Of a stretch of 64,000 nucleotides of DNA, positions 23,693 to 36,926 are shown one piece after another (position 1 is the stretch's first letter; the number at the start of each line of letters is the position of its first letter). The notes below the pieces were generated by a model. The model had not been told where the DNA came from. It saw nothing but the letters and a program-made list of their open reading frames with translations, and searched no databases. Made by a program: the position numbers and the translations under genes. Location of the stretch: assembly GCA_030295235.1 (NCBI GenBank), contig AP026146.1:744001-808000 (forward strand). The letters are read 5' to 3'. This stretch comes from Fistulifera solaris (lineage: Eukaryota).

Positions 23693-25425
23693 TTACTTTT
23701 CTTCTGCTGAATTGACTACAATATCCATTTTTGCTTTTGGATTGTCAGAACAGATGTCAACGTCTTGACGTCCCCCGAAACGAGAATTTCCTTCTATTAC
23801 AATACCTGAACGGACATTACATTGCGCAGATTGCTGCACAGATATGATGTAATGAAACCAATGAGAAGGTATATACAGAACTTCTCCTTGTTTCAACACC
23901 GTTTCGACGGACAATGCTGTGGCGGCTTTTTCAAGCCATTCTCTTTCTTCCGGAGACATATTAGTATCGTTCATTTCATTCAAGTGACCAAAGTTTAGCA
24001 GCGAGTGCCTGAAGATCGGCGACTTCCGGTCCGTAAATATTCCTAACTTCGAACACTGATTTGGCGGACTTAAAATATAACGCTTTGCCCCTTTCATCAT
24101 CCCAACCATGTTACGACCTCCATCAAAGTGAGTGGCTGCTACGACTCCTCGTTCCCCGAATCTACATTGAATCCCCTTTGCTCCTCTGGATGAAATAGAA
24201 AGAAATTCGCTTCTGTTTTGGCACCGAAAGAGGGCAAGTCGCGCGTGATAAACGATTGGTCCTCGTTGAATCGCTCTCCGGGGCTGGTCCCCGCTTGGAA
24301 ATAAAAGTGCGGTTTATGTGCCTCCAACGAAACAGCGTCCGCATACTTGGCATGGCGTACCCATTCTCTATAAGACCAATCATTCAAACGCGTCGGCGGC
24401 AAGCCCAATTTCTTCACCTCCCACAGTTTTGGCACAAAAAAAGCAAAGAAATTATTGGGCGATTCTTGCGCCAAACCAGACGCCTGCTTTGGAGCCTTGT
24501 GTGCGGGTGGATGCTTCGAGTAAAGATCATGATCTCCAAACTCGTCAGAAAGGTAATCGTCAGTCCATTTTTCTGCAGCTGCAGTAATTTCAGGGATGGC
24601 ATACAGTTTAAATGGCAGCTCCAGATCACGGAATCGTTCTGCCGTGGCTCTCTCGATCGGATCGGAGTAATTGAAATGCAAAAGAGTCTCATAGATCGCA
24701 CCGGGATAATCCTGATCTTGTGGCCAGCGATCCATGATCTGTTGAAGAGTTTGTAGTTGAGGATAATCCTCATCGGTCTCCGAGGCTTCTTTCACGGAAG
24801 GGTACGCATACTTCGACGGATCGGTATAGTCTACCTTAGGACCTCGAACTTGTTGAGACGCCGGTAGTGCATCCCATTCGTCTTCCCATTGCATTCTCTG
24901 TCCTTTCCGCTCACTTTTAAAGAAACGAGATTCCGCTTTATGTGATTTGGGGCCCATGTTGATTGTGCGATGTCGCATATTTGATGAATTCAGATCAGTT
25001 TTGGTCGGTAATAAGTACGACCGAATCCAGTTGTTGATACAAGGTATATTCCGCATAATGTCTAGATCCATTGCCTTTTGCCAAGCATCAAGAACGGCGA
25101 ATAATTTATCATTATCTATCGGAGGCTGTCGTAGCTTGTCAAATTCTAGTTCGAGACGATACGTTTCGGATGGTAAATGAAAATGTTTCGTATCTGCGTT
25201 ACGCTCCCGGAAATGTTGATCCGCTCGACGACGTCGTTCGGCGAGATCCAATCCCGAAGGAAAGAATATTCGATTTAGTACGTAATGTAAAGAAGCTCCC
25301 AAGATCGCCCCGCCCAACAGACAACCACCCAAAAACATCATAGTGCTTCGTATATCACGCCTACGAAAACGTCTTTTCATGCGTTTGTTGTATTTTATGT
25401 TCTGATTATCGACATCTAATGCCAT
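23693..25425 (-). CDS. JmjC/cupin 2OG-Fe(II) oxygenase-like protein with N-terminal TM (one frameshift near 24175)
   Basis: Joining ORFs 24139..25497 and 23693..24109 gives IQCRFGERGVVAATHFDGGRN (HxD) ... LKQGEVLYIPSHWFHYI (distal His). Confidence 0.82.
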
Positions 25426-26016
25426 ACTTGAATTCTGAGACTTTAGAACCGCACAATGATGAATTGATACAAAAAACAAATCGCCGGTCGATCGCAAAAA
25501 TAAATGACCCGCGTCATGGTCGGACTATAAAATCCTGGGACCGCGACATCGTTCGACGAGAGTTCGAGTTTTCGTCCCCAGAACGTTCAATTCATAGCTC
25601 ACTATATCTCAAAGTGTAGGGCGTTTATTGCCAAGACTGGATTACAGTCCCTAGGCAATAGTATTTCGCTGTTGTTAAAAAAAAAGATCCTTGCTCTAGA
25701 ATCTAAAATGGTAGTATTTTCTGTATTCAATAAGCGTCCGCGCTCTTGGCCTTGGCTCTTCAAAGCCCTTTTGAATCGTCTAGGTTTGTTTCTTTAGCTG
25801 AAAGTCTATACTGGTAAACAAATTCGATTCGACAGCTGGAACGGGAATTTTTGTGTTTAAAATATCTTTATCGGTAATATAATTCATACTAATAACAGTT
25901 AAAATAGAATGCTGAAATTGTATAGATTGCGTGCGTTGTGGGATGGCACTAAATAGAAAGTATTGTGTCGTCCGATTTCAAAAAGAAGAGAGCGATAGAC
26001 AGAGTCCATTCATGAA

Positions 26017-26583
26017 TTATTTGCTGACCATGGATCGAATCATGTCCGCGGAAAGCGCGCCATAGGTTTCCTTCCAGGCTTCTTCGGTTGCATCGGTGAA
26101 CTCATCGCCGAGAACATCTCGTAACATGTAAATCAGTGCGTCTCCCATGATGGGGAACATGTCGGGTTTGACACCGTAAGATACGTGCTTCTTTCCGAGC
26201 TCGGTCATGATATCGGTAAGGAGCTCGATATCGGGTCCAAGCATATTCAAGGCAGTATCAATCATTTCTAATAAGTATACAGCATGTGCGAGAAAGCGCT
26301 TGGAGCTAAGAAGCTCGGGCGAGTCGACGTCGATGTCAATGGGGAATCCGAAGAGAGTCTTAGATTGAGGACACTTGTCAAAGAGACTGTCGAACCGAAT
26401 AAAGAGGGACTAAATATGAGTGATATGCTTGAAATTGAGCAGTAGATTCTTTAGAGATCAGAGCGAGACTTACCGACGAAAGAGTTTGGAGCCAGCAACC
26501 GTTTCGTAATTCTTCGTACGCTTCATCGATTCCCAAGATTCCATGACATGGGTGATGGTAGTGTAATTCAGTTCCTTCACCAT
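26017..26583 (-). CDS. Single-domain globin; 2 exons (26583-26474, 26386-26017)
   Basis: VMESWE (A helix), GSKLFR|RLFDKCP (B-C), LF (CD1), FLAHA (E7 His), LGKKH..YGV (F8 His), AW..TY. GTAAG...CAG intron of 87 nt (26473-26387). Confidence 0.92.
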
Positions 26584-28509
26584 TGTTCGTTTGATGAATT
26601 GATGTAATGCCGAAAGCTTGTTCAGATCGAGCTGGCCTCTTTGTGTGTTTTTTTTTTATGAAAGTAGAGGTACTTGCGCAATCAAAGGATGACTAAATGA
26701 TTTTCCCTCAACATGCACAAAGGTAAAGAAGGCAGAACGAACGGTTCGTGGGACATTTTCCATCCAAACGAAGAGCGTCATGGGCCATTCGAAATAAGAC
26801 CAATTTTATCCTCCAGTTGAACAAGACCATTTACTATTAGATGAAATGTAGCTTGTGAAGTTCTTTCGTAACCGGTAAGAAGAAAAGAACCCTAAAGAAT
26901 GCTTGACTTTTGAGAAGAGGCCCAACGATAATACGAAGTTATGACTCGGCACTCGGCTATCAGCACCTTAATCTATAGACTAGATTCGCATTCCGCGTTT
27001 CAAGAATCGCGACATCCAACGCTGCCACCTGCCTCCTTTACAATCACATTTACGTTTGAATTTTTTCACACACCAATAACATACCTTTACGTTTGAGTAC
27101 TTTGTATGAGCAGTTGGGTACTTGAGGAGATCAAACGTTCTCCCTAGAAAATAAGGACTGCTGCATGAAACTGCAAGCACAATTTAAGAGACAGATTTTA
27201 CTATCTAGGAAATGAAGCCATAGTTGGGGCTGTTGGGAATGTGCCATGTTGAATAAAGCACGCTCCAGCAATAAAGTGATAGGCTTCGAGCAGCACTTGG
27301 GGTTTTGCTCTAAACTCTTGCGGTGGCGACAGATGGATAAACTATAAAGTCTGCTTCCATTTGTGCCATTTCTTGTGGACCAAAATTGAAAGCGGTTTTT
27401 ATCATAGTTTTCAATGAAGCGAAGATAACTTGTCGAAGTAAGCGCGTACTGCTAGAGGTTCACAAAGTCGATTCAATCTGGTTTTGCTGTTTCAGATATT
27501 AGTCTTCTCGCGCTTTCGAATACCAATGGTGCTATTTTGGTATCTTTTACTTTCATTGAATTTTTAGGGGAGCTCTGTCGCTGTGTGAAGCACCCCCAAT
27601 CTGATAGCATGAGGATAAGTTGTCGTCCCCTGATGCGGGAAATTGTATCCTTTCACGTAGGCCCCGTAGAGAAATGTACCAAGCAGAGGTGCGTTCCCGT
27701 GTCTTCCGTTCGCAATAAGTCAGGTGATGCGCGCGACTAGACTTTTTAACGTCGCTTCAACTGCACCTCAATCTTAAAACCGTCTTTTAACCAGGAAAAT
27801 CGCAAACTCAACGAATTCGATTGATCTTAACTTTTTTCCCTCCTTCCCTCCAACTTTTCTCGTTTCTCTTGTCTTGACGTCTTCATAAAGTCTTCGTGCA
27901 CGAATAGTGAAGAGCGTTAGCTGCCAGCTCAAGTGTTTTATTTTTCACTTCAACTATTATGGCTGCTCTAACGCAGTATCCAATACATGTCAGATTCCGT
28001 GATACGGTGGAATGCCTTCAATTTTGTATTTCTGACCAAACGGACAGCTTTTTGAAGGCACATTTTGAACCTTTGAACGACACAATATCACCGAAAAACA
28101 AGAGAAGGAGGAAAAAGTCATGGTCCAGTCAGTCTGTTTCATCACCAAAACGGTTCTTTTCCATGTCGATCTCATTCGCTACTTTTCAACGATCCAACCA
28201 GTCAGCTCGAACAAAGTGTACCTTCCCAGTGGACCGCCATCTCGACTTTTCTGCATTAAGGTGCGAGCCGATTGTGCGTCATGGCTGCCTTCGACGCAAG
28301 AGTACACAGACTGAATGAAAGCCGCTCAGCAAGCCCTTTGCTGTCAACGATACCTGCGTTGGTGATTCGACTAGTCTCGCATAAACTCTTTTACTACATG
28401 GCTGTATCTCTATAATTTGCTAAACCTAAGTTTTCTATGACGGATTTTTCTATAGCCTTCCTTTCCAAGCTCACTTTCGTGCAGCTTGTTTGCCTCATTT
28501 GTCCGACTA

Positions 28510-30015
28510 TTAAAGCTCCGATGACAAGCGTTCTCGTTTCAACTGAACCTTTTTCTTCTTTTTTCTTTTTGATATCGACAGATTCTTCATCAGTACTTTC
28601 ACTACTATCAAAGATATCATCATCGTCATCTTCACCTTGCCAAATCTCATGCTCCGCTAGAGGTCCATCTTCTTCTTCGTCGTGCCATTTCCAGTGATGC
28701 TTAACTTTGCGTTTAGGTGATTTGACACAGCGAAACCCAATATGACCTGCCGTAGTGGTTCCATGTACTACTTCTCGTGCTCCTAGCGTTGCGGCATGAT
28801 TGAACGAACCATCCAGTGAATCGACATAACTGGCTCCACGAAGAATTCGTGCCTTATGTTTCCCTCCCCTCATCCATTCCCATACGTTTCCTGTCATATC
28901 ATAAATGCCCGCTGCATTTGGAGGATAATACTTCACGGGAGATGTCCCTCGCCATCCATCCATAGCTTCGTTTTCAAAGGGAAATTGGTAGGGTCCCCAC
29001 AAGTTGGCGTGTTTCGCCGCAATGTTCCACTCTTCCGTCCAGTCCAGTACCGGCACAACATGATCTTCCGTATCTCCATTATCAGGATGTGGAATAAAAT
29101 CCCCAAGATGCGGCTCTCCCCATGCAAACATGGTACGATTTTCTACATGTCCACGAGTGTGTCGCGCCGCCGCTTCCCATTCCCATTCACCCGGCAATCG
29201 TTTTCCCTGCCAATGACAGTATTCCGCGGCATCCCGATGACTGACATGAACGACTGGATGATGCTCTCGCATTTTGTAATTCGAGTTGGGCCCTTCGGGC
29301 TGACGCCAATAGGCTCCTGGTACAACGACCCAATTGTCGGCGTGCGGATCGACTTCAATGTTCTCCGATTGTGTTTGGTTCTTCGCGCTTGCAGCAAACG
29401 ATATCAAAACAAACGACCATCCGAATTTTTCTGCTTCCGTTTCATGATACGTAGCCTTGACGAATTGAGCGAAGTGTTTGTTCGTAACAAGAGTCTCATC
29501 TATGAAGAAAGGATCGACACGGACCGCTCGTGGTGGCGTAACGCCTCCATCGAGAGGATGTGTTTCGACAAATCCGTGTGGTTTCGGAGTTACTTTCAAC
29601 CCACGAGCCGCATCTCGTTTGTGTCGTTCTAAAACGTGGTTACGTTTCTCTGTAGGATGCGCTCGATCCGGAATATCATCTGGATGCAATGGATGATGTT
29701 GCAATTCTGCGTGCTCGATTTCTCGATGAGATGCGTCAAAAGAAGTCCCGAAAATATAGCGTAACGAATTGTCAGTGTGAAAACCGTGACGGGTGACCCC
29801 GTCAGAATGCATACGACCTAAATAGACCATGCCGGGGTACTCTTCGTCATTGGGATCGGGATGAGCAGAAGAATCATCGAATGTTGTTGCTTCCTTGTTA
29901 CTACTACTGCTGCTGTCACCGCTGCTGCTGTGCGTGAAGACTGCTAGAAGCAGCAATAAGAAAAGTGGAAAAGTATGATTTACTCGTCGTGTTTGTAGCA
30001 TGTTGTTTGCCATCA
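28510..30015 (-). CDS. Formylglycine-generating-enzyme-fold protein, SUMF2/pFGE-like (non-catalytic)
   Basis: Signal peptide; VTN..F..FV, HPVVHVS..DA..YC.W.GKRLP.E.EWE, DMTGNVWEW, RILRGASYVDSLDGSFNH, GFRC. The catalytic Cys pair is absent. A frameshift in the poly-K tract restores ...RERLSSEL* at 28510. Confidence 0.85.
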
Positions 30016-30527
30016 TAATATTATGACAACGACAACAATTTGATGAGAAACAAAACACGCGTCGAATAAAACGCGATACCTGGTAGCGTGAAAGGAGCGT
30101 TTTTACGACTCCATTTCAGTCATGAATCTTCAGAATTCAGAAAGTACTACTAGCCTACTGGTACTGGTATGCTTCCTTATTCTGATTTGACCTAATTGAC
30201 TAAAATGAAATGATTGCTAGAACACTTACTATTCGATACAATTTTGTCCGCATTTCGCGGATCCTCATCTTCCATGATCAAGTAAATTCGGACAAGAGAG
30301 TGTTGAATGGAATGGACGGGAGTCTTGTTACGAACGTTCGAACGTGTCGATGAAATTAGGAATTCAGCAGTAAGGTTTACTGTGTATTGCTGAGCTATAC
30401 AATAAGGACCAGTGCCAATTTATGCAAATTTGTGAAACTTTGAATGAATGAAATACGATGACTTCCTACTTATTAACAATGTTAGCATAGACTATCGATC
30501 ACCCACCGCACAGAATGGTTCATTTGC

Positions 30528-30914
30528 TTAGCGGAAAGATTGAGAAGAGTTTACGCTATTTCTTAATCGCTGGGATTGCAAATGCTCAAAGATAGGATTG
30601 GAGGAAAAAGTCGTGACGCTGTTCTGCTCGTTTTGAATATCTTCTTTGTGTTCGGCTACCGCCTTCGAAAGCCAGTCGCTGCCATCGTCCTCGACATTAA
30701 ATTCGAAGGGCTTTGATGAGATCGAGAAACGTTTCAGTGATCGAAACGAACGTTTCAGCTTCTTTCGGAATGACAGGCGTTTTTGCGAATGCTCGGATAG
30801 CGTCGGTGAAGTCGACGATACATCATAATTCGACGAATGAAATTCATTGAAGGATTGTTGGTCCATGATGGCAAATATCGACGGGTCGTAGGTGACTTTT
30901 GAATTATTGTTCAA
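30528..30914 (-). CDS. Small hypothetical protein
   Basis: 128-aa ATG-initiated ORF, S/basic-rich, with no recognisable domain. Confidence 0.45.
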   Translation of the reverse strand: MNNNSKVTYDPSIFAIMDQQSFNEFHSSNYDVSSTSPTLSEHSQKRLSFRKKLKRSFRSLKRFSISSKPFEFNVEDDGSDWLSKAVAEHKEDIQNEQNSVTTFSSNPIFEHLQSQRLRNSVNSSQSFR

Positions 30915-32796
30915 TTTGGATCAGTTGAAGGGCTAAGATTTCCTTGGCAAGCATGAAAGCAAAGAGATAGGAACAACTGTTGAAATAAATAATGAAATCT
31001 GATGAACATTTTGAACCAAGACGAACGGCAAAAAGTTTTCTTGAGAATCTCCGTGACGAATGTCGTGAAGAAGATCGTGACCTGATTTAACGGAGTCTCC
31101 GGATAAACTTTAACTATAAATTTTAGTGTAATAAGAGTCAAAAGCGGGCCTACTCAGTACTCAGTTGTTAAAAACCTTGTTCGCTTTCTGCGCGGTAAAA
31201 TAATACTTAGTATCCCCATTCCCCATATCTGGCAGGTCTGTTCTGAAAAACAAACAAAATGCACCCACTTTATCTCTAGATCCTAGACCCTCTCTCTAGA
31301 GAACCGTATCAATTATCAATTGCTTTTGAAATTGAAAAACTATTCTTCTTGTTCAATGTCGCCAGACGACGTTATTTAGATCGACATCGAACGCAAAAAG
31401 GTTGCCGTTGAAAAATTGACAGGACATAAGTACGCTAAACTCTACATTTTTATTTTTATTTTATTTACCTAACGAAAAACTCCATAATCGCCCACAAACC
31501 AAGCACCGTGCCTAGTAGTCGAGTTACAGCTATCTACCTTCATTGGCAATCACCGCACCGATTCATGATGTCGAAAAGCCACGGGGATAATGACTACAAT
31601 ACTTACAATAGACGCAGAATTGTAAAATCAACAATATCACGACTGGGTTTCAGTCATGAATGTTGATTCGTTGGAGCGATACTATGTTGCAACCAAACCC
31701 TCGTTTCGTTGGTGAAACGGTAACACCTTATCGAGCTCAATACAGTGCAATAGATCTATGTAGCATTTAGGATATGCAGCAATTCATGGCTTTTTCTAGG
31801 GACCTGGATTATAGAACACGTTTAAGAGTTGCCACGTAACAGGTATATTGTTAACCTTAACGTGTACGTTCTCTGCGCGGCAAAACCGATATTCATACCC
31901 AAAGTAATATGTGTCATTTCGTGTTGCGGTCGGTCAACAAAGGCGAATGGTAGATTGTTAGATCTCGTAGCGACCATAGTAGTAGGCGGCTGAATAATTT
32001 CTCCGTGATAGCTTTTGCTATCATTGTGTTCGGATAATTTTGGATTCGGAGAAAATTTCGAAATTGGTGGAGGGCCCAAAATACGCAACGAAGGTGTCGC
32101 TGTGTGGGTGGTTGACGAATAATAGTTCGTACGGCTCGTTGTACTTTCTATTGCAGGCTGTTCGACGTGTTCAGAGAGGACCAAGTGAATGCTTCCGAGG
32201 ATCCTGACTCCTCTCGCAACAATGAATGCAAAAACGATCGCCCGTAAATTCTAACGTGGTTGCATCGTCTTTATCCTTGTCTTGCGCATTGCGGATACAA
32301 CGCATAAGTCAACACTCGATGCTTTCTTTTAGTGAACTTGGTCTTTGTACGGAGTTGGACTTGGAATTTTGGCTGAAATGTATGCGTTTGACTACTTTGT
32401 AGGTGAAAAACAGTTTGCAATGAATCGGAAATCGGAATGTGCGACGACGAATGGACGATGACGGCTTTATTATTTTTTGTGTCATTCTAAAGGAAGTCTC
32501 TACTATAGCCTCATTGTGTTGACGACCTTTTGCCCCGACTGTATTTCAGTCATGAGTCATGAGTGATGTTGTTGGACTAATCGATCTGCAATCTGCACTA
32601 AAAAGGTTACTACTTGTACTTTGTACATGGCGGGTCTTTGTAACCCATCTTCGTTGGCGCGCCGGCATACCTGCCTAGCGCCATGCGGAATGCGGACTGC
32701 ACCGACGCAAAAATCATTGCATCCACCATCCACCATGGTGATTGAATGGAAGCAGTGTGCAAAATTAAAAGTAACGCAGTGAGGAGACTTGGAAAA

Positions 32797-35700
32797 ATGG
32801 ACGAGAATGCTTCTATCAACTCTTCAAATGATCCTTTCAGATTGCTGCGACGGCCTACGCGTGACAACGTTACAACCGAACGATCATCAATCCTTTCTTC
32901 ATCGCATAATCCCTTGCCTCCTCTTGCTCCGCCGCCGCCTCTTTTGCTGTCATCGCCCCCGCGTTTACCTCAGACAGGGAAGTCTTCTCTTCAAAGACAT
33001 GTAATGGTATCTCCAAATATACAGAAAGATGCTGCAAAACGAAGACAGACCGAAGAAACGGCTTTTACGAGTCTTTTCACGTCACACACAACAATACCAC
33101 AACGTCCAACTTTGAATGGCTCTTTACCGCAACAAATCGATTCTCCGCAAAACTCGGCCGCTTTTTCGCAATTATCAGCAAGTCCTATCGAAGACGTCGA
33201 TCCGGAGGAGAATTTACAGGAAGTAAGCTTAGAGCAGCGGCGGCAATGGACTCAAGAAAAGCCGAATCCTACGCATTCTTCGCCTCCTCGACGCCCGTCA
33301 ACGTCCTTGCTACTTCAACAACCGCGACAGCGTCTTTCGTCTTCCGTACATCACGAAGATGCAGTACGCACGGCGTTAGAGCAAGCTATTCAAGCAGCAC
33401 GGGACGAGGAAGCAGAGCAGTGGCAGCTGCATCTAGAGCATGAACGGAAGAATTGGTTGGAGTCTTGTCAACAACGAGAGCGTGAGTTGCAAGAATACTA
33501 CAAGAACTGGCACAACGAATTAGATCAGCAAGTGACCCGTCTAAATGAACAGCAAAAGGATATTCAGCAGCAACAGGATGAACTGCGACACGAGAAAGAA
33601 GCTTGGATAGCGGAATGGACCCGTCGTGAGGAACAAGTCAAAGAACTAAGCGACCAAGCCGAGGAGAAACGAAAAAGAGAAGAGGATCTGCTTCAGGATG
33701 CATTGAGTAAACGCCAAAATGCCATGGAACGTGCTACTTTGCTCGAACAATCATGCGAACAGGTTCAAGAAGTGCTAGATTTGAAAATGAGCGAAGGTCG
33801 ACAGGCTTACGAAGATCTACTGGTGCAACTGGACGAGAAAGAATCCGAGCTGCTGTCTGTCAAAGGTCGTATTCAAACTTTCATCATAGAAGATCGCAAT
33901 GCTACACAAGCAGCGGCGGAACGCCAAATGTTGGCATCCGCACAATTGGATGAAACACAACGGCGCATTACGGAAGAGCAAAATAAGTTAGGAACACTGA
34001 ATGAGTCCGTCCGAATTCAGCAAGAAAGACTTTTAGAATTGCAACAGCTTTGCCGTGATGAACAAGCTAAGACGGAAAGAACCAAGCAAGAAAACGATTT
34101 ATTATTGGCTAGCGCGCAGCAACGACTCGAAGCAATGAATGCGGAAATGACAGATCGCTGTCGTAAAGTTCAAGACGAGTTAGAGCAGCGTCTACAAATG
34201 CTCCAAGTAAAAGAGGAGCAGTTATCGACATTGAAACGCGATAATTCGCAACGATTAGCTGACTGGCGTCAGCAAAACGAACAATTATCGCGAGCACGTG
34301 CGGAACATGAATCTCGCGTACGTGAGTGGGATCGCATGGAGGAGAGGCACAAAGAGCGCGAAGAAGCATCGCAACAACAGTCTCGCAAAATTGAATTCCT
34401 GTTACGAGACGCACAGGCTGAGTTACATCGTTCGCAAGAACAACTTGAATTTGCCAGAAATGAGCAAGCCTCCCTTCACAAAGAGCTTTTAGCATTGAAG
34501 CGTTCATCCAAAAACGAAAAAATCAAGTGGGCTACCGAAAGGTCGGCTTTGTTGGAGCAGTTGGAAAAAACGCAGAAGCAGTTGGAGCGGTCAGCTACCC
34601 AGGCTAGGCAATCGGAAGAGGCTATCCAAAAGTTGCATAAACAGCGCCAGTCGGCCGACGAAGATAGGCGTCTGATGGATGATTTACTGAGCAAGATGGA
34701 AGAAAATTCAGAATCGTTAGAGAGAAAGCTACAAAATGTTCAGGCAGAAAGGACAAAGTTGGTGGCTATTCAAGGAGAGTACGGAGTCCGCATGGCGGCT
34801 GTCGAAGTTTTGGTAAGTTCAGTTATGTCATTCTTCGTGTACACATGGCGCCATTGCAGATTCACTAATGATTCGATTCTTGTTTACGTTAGGAACGAAG
34901 TGTGTCCGACGAGAGAGATCGCTTCATGAAAGAAAAGGAGCAGCTGCAGCATTCATGCCGACGGCATCAGCTCGCAGTATTACAGTCTGTTTTGCGACAG
35001 CCATGGAGAGAAGAACAAGAAGAACTAAGTGCGGCCTTTTCGAAATGGGTTCGCGTTGCTTTGTTTGATAACGAACAGGAAGAATTTGAATCAGACCGTC
35101 AAAAGTTTCATAATATAATTGAGCGATTGCAGCAAGAACTTCAAGTCAGCCAACAGCGCCGTGGACAGGAACAGGAAATGATGCAGGAGCAGTTCAAACA
35201 GTTGGAGGAATCTTTGAAAGAGTCCAATCGGAAGCAAGCAGAGTGGAATCAGGAAGAAAAGGCTTTGCGGATCAAAATGGAAACGGCGCACAATCAAGCA
35301 GTCAAGCTCAAAGAGGAAAACGCTGTTTTGCTTGAAAAGCTCTCAAAGTCTCAACAGGAGATCTTACTCGTACAGAAGGAAAATAGTATGGATACTGCGG
35401 AGTTGGAACAAAAGGTCCGCCAGCTGGAGTGTGGGAAGGACGAAATTGTCAAAGAAAAGGAAAACTTGCAAGCCGTTCGAAAGGAATTGGAGGTTCTTAG
35501 AAAAGAACTCGAAAATGTCGATGCTGAGAAGCAACGGTTGGTTGAAGCGAATGCCCTTCTACAACAGAAAGTAAGCACTTTTGACTCGGATAACGTCATT
35601 CAGGAAAAGCGCTCGCGCGCTGAAGCGATGCGCGATGATATGAAAGTGATACAGTATACAACCAAAATATCCGAGCTGGAGAATGAAGTCATTGATTTAC

Positions 35701-36370
35701 GATTAGAAAGGGATACTTTGAAGGAACAACTGAGAGCTTCTACATGTGACTTCACACCGAGCTTTGCCGGTCAATTCCAAAAAGAGTCCAACGCGCGAGT
35801 AGCTGACCTCGCAGCGTCTTTAGGCGAACGAGAACGCCTTCTGTCTGATCGTGAACGAGACTCAGTTATGCAGATGGAAGCCACACAAAATCGACTGCGA
35901 CTACTTGCCGAAAAGCTCCGCGAGAAAGACCAAGAGCTCGAAAAACGCGAAAAGCAAATCAAATTTGATATGGAAAAAGGCGAGCTAGCCAACAAAAGGT
36001 TCTGGAACTTGCACAAACGTTGAAGCAACAGGCGGCAGACCTTGACCGCGACCGTCAAATCTTAGAAAATCGGATACAAAGTTGTGACTCTTTAGAGAAA
36101 CAGCTGAATGTTTGGCAACAACAGCTGGAGAACACTATTCCCTTGAAGAAGGTTTAGTTGTCTGGAGTAGCGGAACAATCCGTACCACGAGTCGTCCCAC
36201 AGCAACAGTTGGAAGAACGTCAATTGCCTACCATTATCTGTATCCTAGCCCTCGATACAATAGATACGCTGATGGTTATTGCGGAATGCGCCCCGTGCCA
36301 TTCTGAAGTCTTGTCTAACAACAATATAATGGACTGCCTACTTCCTAGTCTATCTCACGCTAAAAGCTAG
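32797..36370 (+). CDS. Large coiled-coil protein (intron 34813-34892; frameshifts after about 35995)
   Basis: P/S-rich N-terminus, then long E/Q/K/R heptad-rich region. A GTAAGT...TAG phase-0 intron joins ORFs 32746..34929 and 34902..36023. The end coordinate is approximate. Confidence 0.75.
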
Positions 36371-36926
36371 ATGATTCGTTGGAGTTCGGAGGAACAATCG
36401 TCATCCATCTTGGATTCTAGCTTTAGGTTTAAGATGAGGGTCATAGATCATAGATTATTGATCATAGATCAATCACGGAGAAACAATACAGAATACCATA
36501 CTGAGTTTGGGTCATGGTCATCTAAAATCTAAAATAGTACGTGGTAATTGTAGCTTGGAAATTGGAAAAAAGAACTCCTCAATACTAAAAGATACTCCGT
36601 ATACAAAGTAATTACCCATCAAAATTCCAATACTCCGCATAAAACCTATCACAACTCAAGCGACGACAAAGCGAAATCCACAAGCTACGACTACAGAGCG
36701 CGCCTTCGAAATGGTCACGTAGCTTGTCCTCTCTCTCAGCGTTCCATGAAAGACAAAAGCCTTTCTCTTGTGGGCCTCGCTGGCGGGAAGTGCAGTTGGT
36801 GACACCTTTTGATTGTGTTTCGCCATCCGAAGAACCCAAGGCATCCGTCGACTAGATGTGAGATACAAGCATATCAGATTAGACGAGACAAGCGCAAGAT
36901 GGCAAGTGAAAAGCACCAGCTACCAG

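Noticed and set aside
27959..28318. 119-aa plus-strand ORF
   Set aside because: No recognisable motif; cannot be supported as a gene from sequence alone.
28856..29632. 258-aa plus-strand ORF
   Set aside because: Entirely antisense to the SUMF2-like gene, with no motifs of its own.
31822..32184. 120-aa minus-strand ORF
   Set aside because: Non-ATG start and low-complexity content; may be part of an unrecognised gene but is unsupported.
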